Below, one piece after another: positions 8,449 through 17,051 of a stretch of 30,359 bases of DNA. The translations under genes were made by a program, and so were the position numbers. The DNA lies in assembly GCA_965140785.1 (NCBI GenBank), contig OZ223520.1:1-30359 (forward strand), written 5' to 3'. Numbering within the stretch: position 1 is the first letter of the stretch; each line of letters begins with the position of its first letter. Below the pieces are notes generated by a model. It saw only the letters and a program-made list of their open reading frames with translations. It did not search any database and was not told the origin of the DNA. The stretch is from an uncultured Ruficoccus sp. (GTDB lineage Bacteria; Verrucomicrobiota; Verrucomicrobiia; Opitutales; Cerasicoccaceae).

Positions 8449-10799
8449 GCGCCTACCATGCCTGTAATGGGAAAAGAGCCGAGCAGCTTGATGGTCCGCA
8501 AAGGCCCTCATCCGGCACATCGAGGAAAATCGCCTTTGTCGGGACCTACCTTCCCCGTAAGTGCGGGATTGCCACCTTTACCCACGATCTGCGTCATGCC
8601 GTAGCCGCTCAGCTAGGGGAGGATGCCGCGCCGGTCGTGGCCATCAGCGACCCTGCGGACTCACTGGCGTACCCCGCCGAAGTGGTTTTCCAGGTCCATT
8701 CACAGGACATCGCCAGCTATGAGCATGCCGCCAGTTTCCTGAACCGAAGCGAGGTGGATGTCGTTTGCGTGCAGCACGAGTTCGGCATCTTCGGCGGCAT
8801 CCACGGCGGCCATATCCTGGCTCTGATCCGGGCGCTGAAAATGCCGGTCGTGACAACCTTCCATACCATTCTCAGCGACCCGGCTCCGGAGCAACGCAAG
8901 GTCATGGATGCCCTGATCCTGCGGTCCGAGCGCGTGGTTGTGATGACGGAGCGCGGGCGCCGGATGCTGCGGGAAGTCTATAACACCCCGGACGACAAAA
9001 TCGACATCATCGCGCATGGCATCCATGACGTGGCGTTCGAAGAGCCCGAAGCGTATAAGGGGCTCTTTGCCATGGAAAACCGGCTCGTGCTTCTCACGTT
9101 CGGTCTCCTTTCGCCCAATAAGGGCATCGAGCATGTACTCAAGGCCATGCCCGCGATTATCGCGGAGTTCCCGCAGGTCGTTTACATGGTGCTGGGAGCG
9201 ACGCACCCGAATCTCCTGCACAAGGAGGGCGAAGACTATCGGCTCAGCCTGGAAAGCCTCGCGAAAAAGACCGGCATCAGTGAAAACGTCGCTTTCTACA
9301 ACCGCTTTGCCGACCTGCCTGAACTGGTCGATTTCATCGGGGCGGCGGATATATATCTGACCCCTTATCTGGATGAACGGCAAATCGTTTCCGGCACATT
9401 GGCCTATGCCTTTGGCGCGGGCAAGGCGGTGGTGTCCACCCCCTATTGGCATGCGACCGAGCTGCTGGCCGACGGACGGGGCGTGATCGTGCCCTTTGCC
9501 GACAGTGACGCCATTGCCCGGGAAGTGTGCGCGTTACTCCGCGATGCGCCGCGGAGACAACGCATGCGGCGGCAGGCCTACCAAATCGGGCGCGATATGA
9601 TCTGGAGCCGGGCCGCCGAATCCTATGGGAAGAGCTTTGCCCGCGCGCTCAAACACCATGAGATCGAACACCGCAAATCGCTTCAGGTTCGTACCCTGGC
9701 GGAAGACCCGATCAGGCTCCCTCCCTTCAAGCCCGATCATGTGCTGCGTATGAGTGACTCGACCGGCATGATGCAGCACGCGCTCTACTCGGTGCCGGAT
9801 TACTCGCACGGGTACTGCACCGACGACAATGCCCGCGCGCTCATCCTTACGCTTAACTGGAACGAACTGGGCGAGACATCCTCCACCCTGAACGCACTGG
9901 CGGCGAACTACCTGGCATTTCTCGCCTATGCGCTTCACCCCGACACGAAGCGGTTTCGAAATTTCATGGGGTACAACCGTAACTGGCTCGAAGAGACCGG
10001 CTCCGAAGATTCCCACGGGCGCGCCCTCTGGGCTCTCGGGGTCTGCGTCGAGCGGACAAATGACCGGGGACTCTCTCTTCTGGCGGACGAGTTGTTCACC
10101 CGGGCCCTGCCCGCGGTTGCGGAGCTGTCACACCCGCGCACGTGGGCGTTTGCCCTGCTGGGCATAGACGCCTACCTCCGCAAACGGCCCGACCATGCGC
10201 CGTCGCGGGAAATGCGCTCCCTGCTGGTTGATCGGCTGATGGAGCGCTTTGCCCGGCACGCGCGGGATGATTGGCATTGGCTGGCGGACGATGCGACTTA
10301 TGACAACGCCCGGCTGGCCCAGGCGCTGATCCTCAGCGGACGCGCCATGGAACAGCCCGACGCGCTTGATACCGGCTTGCAGGCGCTGCGCTGGCTTGTC
10401 CGTATTCAAACTTCCGATACAGGCTACTTTCAGCCCATCGGCTCGGATGGGTTTTGCCACCGCAACGGCACACGCGCCTTTTTCGATCAGCAGCCGATCG
10501 AAGTCCAGGGCACCGTGGCTGCGTGCCTGGAGGCTTACGGCGCGACTTCGGATGCCGGGTGGATTGTTCATGCCCGCACCGCGTTTGAGTGGTTTCTCGG
10601 CCAGAACGACCTGGGCCTGATGCTCTACGACACAAAGAGCGGAGGCTGCCGGGACGCGCTGCACGTGGACCGCATGAATGAAAACCAGGGGGCCGAGTCG
10701 ACACTCGCCTTTCACCTCGCGCTTGCCCAGATGAGGCTGGTTTACAACGACCTGGCGACGTTTCAGTCTCCGCTGGCACCGACTTCCGTCCCAAGATGA
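8445..10799 (+). CDS. GT4 glycosyltransferase fused to a C-terminal helical-barrel (six-hairpin-like) domain
   Basis: YLPRKCGIATFT, QHEFGIFGG, FGLLSPNKGIE, SGTLAYA; C-terminal GYCTDDNARA, EDSHGRA, FDQQPIE, NENQGAEST. Confidence 0.92.
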   Translation: MSAYHACNGKRAEQLDGPQRPSSGTSRKIAFVGTYLPRKCGIATFTHDLRHAVAAQLGEDAAPVVAISDPADSLAYPAEVVFQVHSQDIASYEHAASFLNRSEVDVVCVQHEFGIFGGIHGGHILALIRALKMPVVTTFHTILSDPAPEQRKVMDALILRSERVVVMTERGRRMLREVYNTPDDKIDIIAHGIHDVAFEEPEAYKGLFAMENRLVLLTFGLLSPNKGIEHVLKAMPAIIAEFPQVVYMVLGATHPNLLHKEGEDYRLSLESLAKKTGISENVAFYNRFADLPELVDFIGAADIYLTPYLDERQIVSGTLAYAFGAGKAVVSTPYWHATELLADGRGVIVPFADSDAIAREVCALLRDAPRRQRMRRQAYQIGRDMIWSRAAESYGKSFARALKHHEIEHRKSLQVRTLAEDPIRLPPFKPDHVLRMSDSTGMMQHALYSVPDYSHGYCTDDNARALILTLNWNELGETSSTLNALAANYLAFLAYALHPDTKRFRNFMGYNRNWLEETGSEDSHGRALWALGVCVERTNDRGLSLLADELFTRALPAVAELSHPRTWAFALLGIDAYLRKRPDHAPSREMRSLLVDRLMERFARHARDDWHWLADDATYDNARLAQALILSGRAMEQPDALDTGLQALRWLVRIQTSDTGYFQPIGSDGFCHRNGTRAFFDQQPIEVQGTVAACLEAYGATSDAGWIVHARTAFEWFLGQNDLGLMLYDTKSGGCRDALHVDRMNENQGAESTLAFHLALAQMRLVYNDLATFQSPLAPTSVPR

Positions 10800-12271
10800 G
10801 CTCACCTATCGATAAGCCCTCCCCAGTCGTCACTCGCAGCGACATCTGTATCAATCCTGACCACGCGCGTGTGTTGATCCGGCCGTTCGCTCCCGTCAGC
10901 GAGCATCGGATTGTGAAGATTATCGCCCGGTTACTGGCCCTCACTGAGCCGGAAATTGAAGCCTTGAAGAGTCAGGTGCTGGCGGATTTTTCCGGACGTC
11001 ACCAGAACACCCAGACCCTCTTTCTGAACCGTTTCGAAGCCGTGCGTCATTACCTGGTCAGTGACCTCGAGCCCTCCCTGGCCCGCAAGACCGTCATTGG
11101 CTCTTATTTCACGCATGAGTATTCGCTGGAGGCTGCCGCGTTGTTTAATCCGTCCATCGTGCCGCACCCGGACCAGAGCGACCTGCCTGCGGGAGCTTTG
11201 CGATTTGTCCTCAGCCTGCGGGCCACGGGCGAAGGCCATTTATCGTCCATTACATTCCGAACCGGCACGGTGGATAGCGCAGGCGTGATTACCACGGTAG
11301 CACCGACGCGCTTCGTTACCGAGCCGCAAACCGTTCATGATCTCATCTACGATAAGCCGCTCTTTGCTCGTCAGCTGGCGAAACGGGGGATCGAGAATGA
11401 GCTTATGCGGCGGACCTTGGCCTCGCTCAACGACTCATTTACCCTCGCCGAACTGCGCGCGGCTCTCGCGCTCGCCCAATACCAAATGGGTGACTGCGAA
11501 GCGGCGGTAGTGATGTCCTCAGCCAGCGCTTTGCTGGATCTGGCACTTTCGAACTGCCGCGTCCGCTTCCCCGCTGACCAGCGTCTGTCCGAGCGCGTCA
11601 TTTTTCCACATTCACCCAGCCAGAGCAACGGGATCGAGGATGCGCGCTTCGTCCGCTTTCAGCACGACGACGGCTCGCACGTCTACTATGCGACCTATAC
11701 GGCCTACGATGGCCGGGCGACATACCCCCAACTGCTGGAGACCAGTGACTTTCTGGACTTCACCTTCACGGTGCTTTCAGGGGCTGCTGTACAAAACAAA
11801 GGGATGGCCCTCTTCCCCCGCAAAGTCGGTGGCCGCTATGCCATGCTTTCGCGCCAGGACAACGAGAACATCTTTATAATGTTCTCTGATGAAATTTACT
11901 TCTGGAACACTGCACAGATCATCCTCAAGCCGACCTTCGCCTGGGAATTCGTACAACTCGGCAACTGCGGTTCTCCCATCGAAACCGAGCAGGGATGGCT
12001 GGTCCTCAGCCATGGGGTTGGAGCCATGCGCAAGTACTCCATCGGCGCATTTCTTCTCGATCTCGACGACCCGACAAAGGTACGTGGCCGCCTGCACGAG
12101 CCCCTGATTGCCGCCGCCGAAGACGAACGCGAGGGCTATGTCCCCAATGTCGTCTATACCTGCGGAGCGCTGGTTCACAATCGACAGCTCATCATTCCCT
12201 ATGCAGTCTCCGATTCGGCCACCCGCTTCGCATCTGTGCCCCTCGACGCAGTACTGGAGGCTATGGTTTGA
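10796..12271 (+). CDS. Glycoside hydrolase family 130 protein
   Basis: ALFNPSIV, GIEDARFV, YATYTAYDG, NKGMALFPRK, REGYVPNVVYTCG; ATGA overlap with the GT4 gene. Confidence 0.92.
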   Translation: MSSPIDKPSPVVTRSDICINPDHARVLIRPFAPVSEHRIVKIIARLLALTEPEIEALKSQVLADFSGRHQNTQTLFLNRFEAVRHYLVSDLEPSLARKTVIGSYFTHEYSLEAAALFNPSIVPHPDQSDLPAGALRFVLSLRATGEGHLSSITFRTGTVDSAGVITTVAPTRFVTEPQTVHDLIYDKPLFARQLAKRGIENELMRRTLASLNDSFTLAELRAALALAQYQMGDCEAAVVMSSASALLDLALSNCRVRFPADQRLSERVIFPHSPSQSNGIEDARFVRFQHDDGSHVYYATYTAYDGRATYPQLLETSDFLDFTFTVLSGAAVQNKGMALFPRKVGGRYAMLSRQDNENIFIMFSDEIYFWNTAQIILKPTFAWEFVQLGNCGSPIETEQGWLVLSHGVGAMRKYSIGAFLLDLDDPTKVRGRLHEPLIAAAEDEREGYVPNVVYTCGALVHNRQLIIPYAVSDSATRFASVPLDAVLEAMV

Positions 12272-12591
12272 AGATGAGACGTGGTGAAATCAATAAGGTG
12301 CTTTTTCGTGTGAATGATCTACAGTTCTCATTTACTTCAGACTTTAAGTCCATTTCGATTAACCTGACCATCATCGCGACAAAAAGCACCGATTTGATAT
12401 GCGCGTAAAGACCAACTAGCGAGCAGAGCAATCGCTTTGATGTTTTAAAACATGTGGACAGCGCTTCGCAGCGTAAAAGCAGTCTGGATCGTCTTGAGGT
12501 GATAGATCCGGAGGGGTTTTGTCCGTCGCTTGAAGAGCGTCTGTCTTACGGAGACCAGAGCAAGGACGGGCGCATCCCGTGGTATCCTAGA

Positions 12592-12608
12592 GGTGGCGGA
12601 ATGCCACC
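12592..12608 (-). terminator. Short hairpin immediately downstream of the tRNA-Asn 3' end
   Basis: GGTGGC-GGAAT-GCCACC, 1 nt from the CCA; no good U-tract. Confidence 0.4.
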
Positions 12609-12609
12609 C

Positions 12610-12656
<47 letters not shown>

Positions 12657-12743
12657 TGCGAATTCGGCTTGGTCAAATTTGGACAAGTTTTTTCTTATAT
12701 GTTCATTATCATATGTATATAAAACATTTACGAATCCAACAAA

Positions 12744-12806
12744 ACCACACTTGACCACACTTAAAATTGGTTGAGAATAGAAAAAATGGCACAGTTTTGG
12801 CACAGT
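12744..12806 (+). repeat. Integrase arm-type direct repeats
   Basis: ACCACACTT x2 (12744, 12754) and TGGCACAGT x2 (12787, 12798) between the att core and the integrase start. Confidence 0.65.
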
Positions 12807-12838
12807 GATTAACCAGTAGACTCCACCAAGGCCCCTTC

Positions 12839-14119
12839 ATGAGACTTTCCAAGACGCATCAGGATTACTGGACAAAGCGGATCGAGAAGCGCTCTTACAC
12901 CCGCAGCGATGGGAGCGTGGAAACGATCAATGAGTGGCAGGTCCGCATTTGCCACAAGGGGAAGCGCGAATGGTTTCAGCTCGGCTCAAGCAACAAGATC
13001 GTGGCCTCGAAGCGAGCAGCGGACATTTACCAGTCGCTCAAGCTGAACGGATGGGAGGCCACTATACGGGAGTTCAAGGGTGTGATGGAGGTCAAAAAGA
13101 AGGCCCAGACCATTGGCGATTATCTGGCTGTCGTGGAGGAGACCGGCGTCCTGGCCCCCAAAACCTTTGCTCTTTACTATCGTTGGCTACGGGCCATCGC
13201 TGCCCAGTCCAAAGGCATCCCCCACACCAAGCACAAGTACGATTACAAAAACGGGGGGCTGGCCGAATGGCGCAAGAAGGTGGACGCCATCCCGCTGGAG
13301 TACCTGACACCGGATCGCGTGCGCAAATGGCAGCGCGATTTTGTCGCCCGGGCCGGAAGCGATCCGGTCGCGATTCGCAAGGCCGAGCACTCGGCAAATT
13401 CTGCCATCCGTAACGCCCGCTCGCTTTTCAGCAACAATCTGCTTTCCCATATCAAAGGCGTTGAGCTTCCCTCACCGCTTCCCTTCGAGGGGGTCGCCCT
13501 GCTCAAAAGCGGCTCCATGCGTTACCGCAGCAGCATGGATACCGCCCAACTGGTCAAGGACGCCACGAGCGAACTTTCCCAATCGGACCCCAATGCCTAC
13601 ATCATCTTCCTGCTGAGTCTCTTTGCCGGACTTCGCCGCAATGAGATCGACAAACTGCGGTGGGCGTCCATCGACTTCGACAAGGGCATGGTCCACATTG
13701 AGCCGCACGCCTACTTCACGCCCAAGACCGAACACTCGATCGGGACGGCACGCCTTGACGAGGAGGTGATGGAGATTCTTCGCCAACACAAAAAGAGCCA
13801 CACCAGCGAGTACGTTATCGACTCGCGCAACGAGCCCAGACTCGGCTGCGCCTACGACCACTACCGGGCCGATAAATCCTTCCGGGCTCTGGTAAAATGG
13901 CTCCGCAGTAAGGGCGTCGATACCAACTCCCCGATCCACACCCTGCGCAAGGAATTTGGCCGCCTGATCACCGAGCAATACGGTATCTACGCCGCCAGCA
14001 AGGCCCTGCGTCACGGTGGCATCCAAATCACCGCCGCTCACTACGCCGACGACAAACGGCAAATCCTGGTAAAGATGAAGAGCCTGACGGGCGAGACGGC
14101 TTCGCCTGAGCGCGGTTGA
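12839..14119 (+). CDS. Tyrosine recombinase/integrase
   Basis: GLRRNEI, PKT, HTLRK, LRH and HY catalytic set all present; adjacent to the tRNA fragment. Confidence 0.95.
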   Translation: MRLSKTHQDYWTKRIEKRSYTRSDGSVETINEWQVRICHKGKREWFQLGSSNKIVASKRAADIYQSLKLNGWEATIREFKGVMEVKKKAQTIGDYLAVVEETGVLAPKTFALYYRWLRAIAAQSKGIPHTKHKYDYKNGGLAEWRKKVDAIPLEYLTPDRVRKWQRDFVARAGSDPVAIRKAEHSANSAIRNARSLFSNNLLSHIKGVELPSPLPFEGVALLKSGSMRYRSSMDTAQLVKDATSELSQSDPNAYIIFLLSLFAGLRRNEIDKLRWASIDFDKGMVHIEPHAYFTPKTEHSIGTARLDEEVMEILRQHKKSHTSEYVIDSRNEPRLGCAYDHYRADKSFRALVKWLRSKGVDTNSPIHTLRKEFGRLITEQYGIYAASKALRHGGIQITAAHYADDKRQILVKMKSLTGETASPERG

Positions 14120-14150
14120 CGGGGCAAGGCGCAGGCACCAGAATAAGCCG

Positions 14151-14941
14151 GTGCCGTTTTCGCGCATAGAGTACGTCCACGGTGGTGTTTACCTCCCCCG
14201 TCTGGGCCTATGGCTCGACCCTTCCCGGCCCAAAGCGGGATCGGTCTTTGTCAGCCATGCTCACAGTGACCATACCGCCGCGCACCGCACCGTAATTCTC
14301 AGCGCCGCCACCGCGTACCTCATGCGCCTGCGTCTCGGTGGCGAGCGCACCGAGCACCGCCTGAACTTCGGAGAGGCAACCGAGTTTCACACCGGAGAGA
14401 TACCGTTCCGCCTCACCTTGCTGCCCGCCGGGCACATTCTCGGCAGCAGTATGGCCTATATTGAGGCCGGGGGCCAAAGCCTGCTCTACACAGGCGACTT
14501 CAAGCTGCGCTCTGGGCTCTCGTGCGAGCCCTGCCAACTGCGCCCAGCGGATATCCTCATCATGGAGACCACCTTTGGCCGCCCGCACTACCGACTCCCA
14601 GACCCGGCCCAGACCTGGCAAGAGCTGGCGCCAACTTTTGCAACGAAACGCTGGCGGCGGGGGCAACCCCGGTCCTCATGGCCTACTCTCTGGGCAAGAC
14701 GCAGGAAGTGCTCGCCGGGCTGAAAACGACCGGGCTGACCTTTGCCCTGCACGAACAGGCCGTCCGCATGACACAGGCCTACGAGGCCCACGGCGCAAGC
14801 TTCCCCGCCTACACATGCTTTGACGGCAGTGCGCTGGACGGAAAGGTGCTCCCGTCCGCGCTGCGCTCAAAGCTCCTGAAGGGCCTGCCCCGCCTGCGCA
14901 AAGCAGCCATCACCGGCTGGGCTATGGACGCGTCCTTCCGC
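14151..14941 (+). pseudogene. MBL-fold/beta-CASP nuclease (DNA-ligase-associated type), frameshifted and 3'-truncated
   Basis: FVSHAHSDH, AGHILGS, YTGDFK, METTFG; shift near 14628 into PVLMAYSLGKTQE..ITGWAMD; similarity stops near 14941. Confidence 0.85.
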
Positions 14942-15882
14942 GCGAGGCGCTCGACGTGGACGCGTTCCATCGGCAGATCCGACAGGCCTGGAGCGAGAGG
15001 CTGGCCGGGTACACGGACGAGACCTACCGCAACGAACTCGACGCCTATGAATCAGCCATGGACACCTGGCGGAAAAACGGTTCGGTGCCCCCTGCCCCTG
15101 AGCGTCCCGAAGACCCACGCGCGGACAAGGAACGCCCCGGCAACCTCTACTGCGGTATGGTCAACCCGATCATCGGCTACGGCATTCGGGGCATTATCTG
15201 GTATCAGGGCGAAGCCAACGCCGGACGTGCCTATCAGTATCGCATCAGCTTTCCCCTGCTGATCGAAGCCCTCCGCGAGGACTGGGGACAGGGAGACTTC
15301 CCCTTTTGTTGGGTCCAGCTGGCCGGTTACATCGAGCCCCGCCCCCAACCCGACGACAGCGTCTGGACGGAACTGCGCGAGGCGCAGACCATGGCGCTGG
15401 ACCTGCCCGAGACCGGCGAAGCGGTCATCATCGACACCGGCGAATCGAACAACATCCATCCGCACGACAAGCAAACGGTCGCGAACCGTCTGGCCATGCT
15501 CGCGCTGAACAAGACCTATGGCGACCCAATCCCGTGCGAAAGCCCGCGCTACGCCTCAATGGAGGTCAGCAACGGCAAAATCATCCTCACTTTCGATGAC
15601 GTGGATCAGGGCCTCACCGCGTTTGACACGGATCGGCTCCAGGGATTCGCCATCGCAGGCGACGACCAGGATTTCGTCTGGGCCCAAGCCGAGATCATCC
15701 CCCCGGACCAGATCGTGGTCTGGAGCGAGAATGTACCCGCACCGATCGTCGTCCGCTACGCCTGGGATTACCATCCCGTCAACAACGTGATCGATCGCAA
15801 CGGCCTGCCCCTCGCTCCGTTCCGCACGGATGACTGGCCCGTCTATACGCAGACACACCTGGAGCGTCCCCGCTGGCTGTAA
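14938..15882 (+). pseudogene. Sialate O-acetylesterase (SASA) family, C-terminal half only
   Basis: PREAL.., PGNLYCGMVNP, GIIWYQGEAN, FPFCWVQL, LREAQ, NIHPHDKQTV, VRYAW, PFRTD. The N-terminal GQSNM block is absent. Confidence 0.88.
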
Positions 15883-16038
15883 TAAAGCGTCTTCCGCTCC
15901 ACGGGTTTAGATGCAACGACAATATTCGGCTGGCACGATCGTCCTATTTGTCGCGTCATTTTACGGCGAATCGCTTGCCTTTCACGGCAGATGAAGCTTA
16001 TTTACGGGATTCTCTGTCTTTTTGCCTTCCCCCACCCC

Positions 16039-16989
16039 ATGAACGAGCCTATTCAATACGAGCGCGATCTTGTCTTTTCACACCCGGATTTCCCCCTCGA
16101 TGTATCCACCTGGGAGAACCACCCGGACTACCCTCTGCACACGCACAACTTCTCGGAAATTGTCATCATCGCACAGGGAACCGGCTTCAACCTCATCGGC
16201 AACGAGGAGTTTCCGCTGACGGCGGGCGACGTGTTCATCCTGCATGGCTCGCGTCCCCACGGCTATCGCAGCACGAACAACCTGACCGTCATCAACATAA
16301 TCTACGACCCCGTGCTCCTGGCCAACGCCCGGCTGGACATCGCGGAACTGCCCGGCTACCAGGCCCTCTTCGTCATCGAGCCCGCGCTGCACCGCAAAGG
16401 CAATTACCAGCGCCATATGCACCTGGACATGGATCACCTGATCCGCGCGCGCGCGCTGACGGAATCCATCGAGATGGAGCTTCACGCCGCCACCGCGAAA
16501 CGCCGCGCCCGGATCTACGATCAACGTCATGACGCCGAGAACGAAACGCCGAAGTCTGTTGAGTCTCAACCGGGTTTTCGCTTCATTGCCATGGGCTACT
16601 TCATCGTGCTGGTCGGCCTGCTCTCCCGTTGGTACTCGCGCAAGCCGACCGTCGAGGCCCGCAAGATCATCGACATCGGCCGCGCGATCAGCCACATGGA
16701 GGCGCACTTCGACGAAAATACCGACGTGGACATCCTCGCCCGCATGGCCGGGATGTCCCGGCGGAACTTTTACCGCATTTTTCAAGAAGTCACCGGCGAG
16801 ACGCCCCTGTCCTACCGTCAGCACATCCGCATCATGAAAGCGGTCCGGATGCTTGAAACCACCGACAAGAACGTTACCGAAACAGCGTTCGAGTGCGGCT
16901 TCGAGGACAGCAATTATTTTTCCCGCCAGTTCCGGCAAGTCATCGGCATGCCCCCAAGCGAATTCAAGGCACGCCACCGTATGAAGTAA
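16039..16989 (+). CDS. AraC-family transcriptional regulator (RhaS/RhaR-like)
   Basis: Cupin LHTHNFSEIVII; C-terminal double HTH..CGFEDSNYFSRQF. Start could be 15991 or 16039. Confidence 0.93.
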   Translation: MNEPIQYERDLVFSHPDFPLDVSTWENHPDYPLHTHNFSEIVIIAQGTGFNLIGNEEFPLTAGDVFILHGSRPHGYRSTNNLTVINIIYDPVLLANARLDIAELPGYQALFVIEPALHRKGNYQRHMHLDMDHLIRARALTESIEMELHAATAKRRARIYDQRHDAENETPKSVESQPGFRFIAMGYFIVLVGLLSRWYSRKPTVEARKIIDIGRAISHMEAHFDENTDVDILARMAGMSRRNFYRIFQEVTGETPLSYRQHIRIMKAVRMLETTDKNVTETAFECGFEDSNYFSRQFRQVIGMPPSEFKARHRMK

Positions 16990-16998
16990 GCGGGCCCG

Positions 16999-17030
16999 AA
17001 AAAGGCGCTGTCCATCAACAGGCAGCGCCT
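16999..17030 (-). terminator. Intrinsic terminator between convergent genes
   Basis: AGGCGCTGTC...GGCAGCGCCT stem preceded by A5 (U-tract on the minus strand). Confidence 0.6.
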
Positions 17031-17051
17031 CCTCATGATTGGGAAAAGTGG

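Noticed and set aside
3255..12599. GAGGTGGCGG shared near 3255 and 12590 as island-bounding direct repeats
   Set aside because: Only 10 bp in GC-rich DNA; the second copy is part of a local hairpin.
12787..12801. Sigma-54 promoter TGGCACAGTTTTGGC
   Set aside because: The -12 element and spacing do not fit; better explained as tandem arm repeats.
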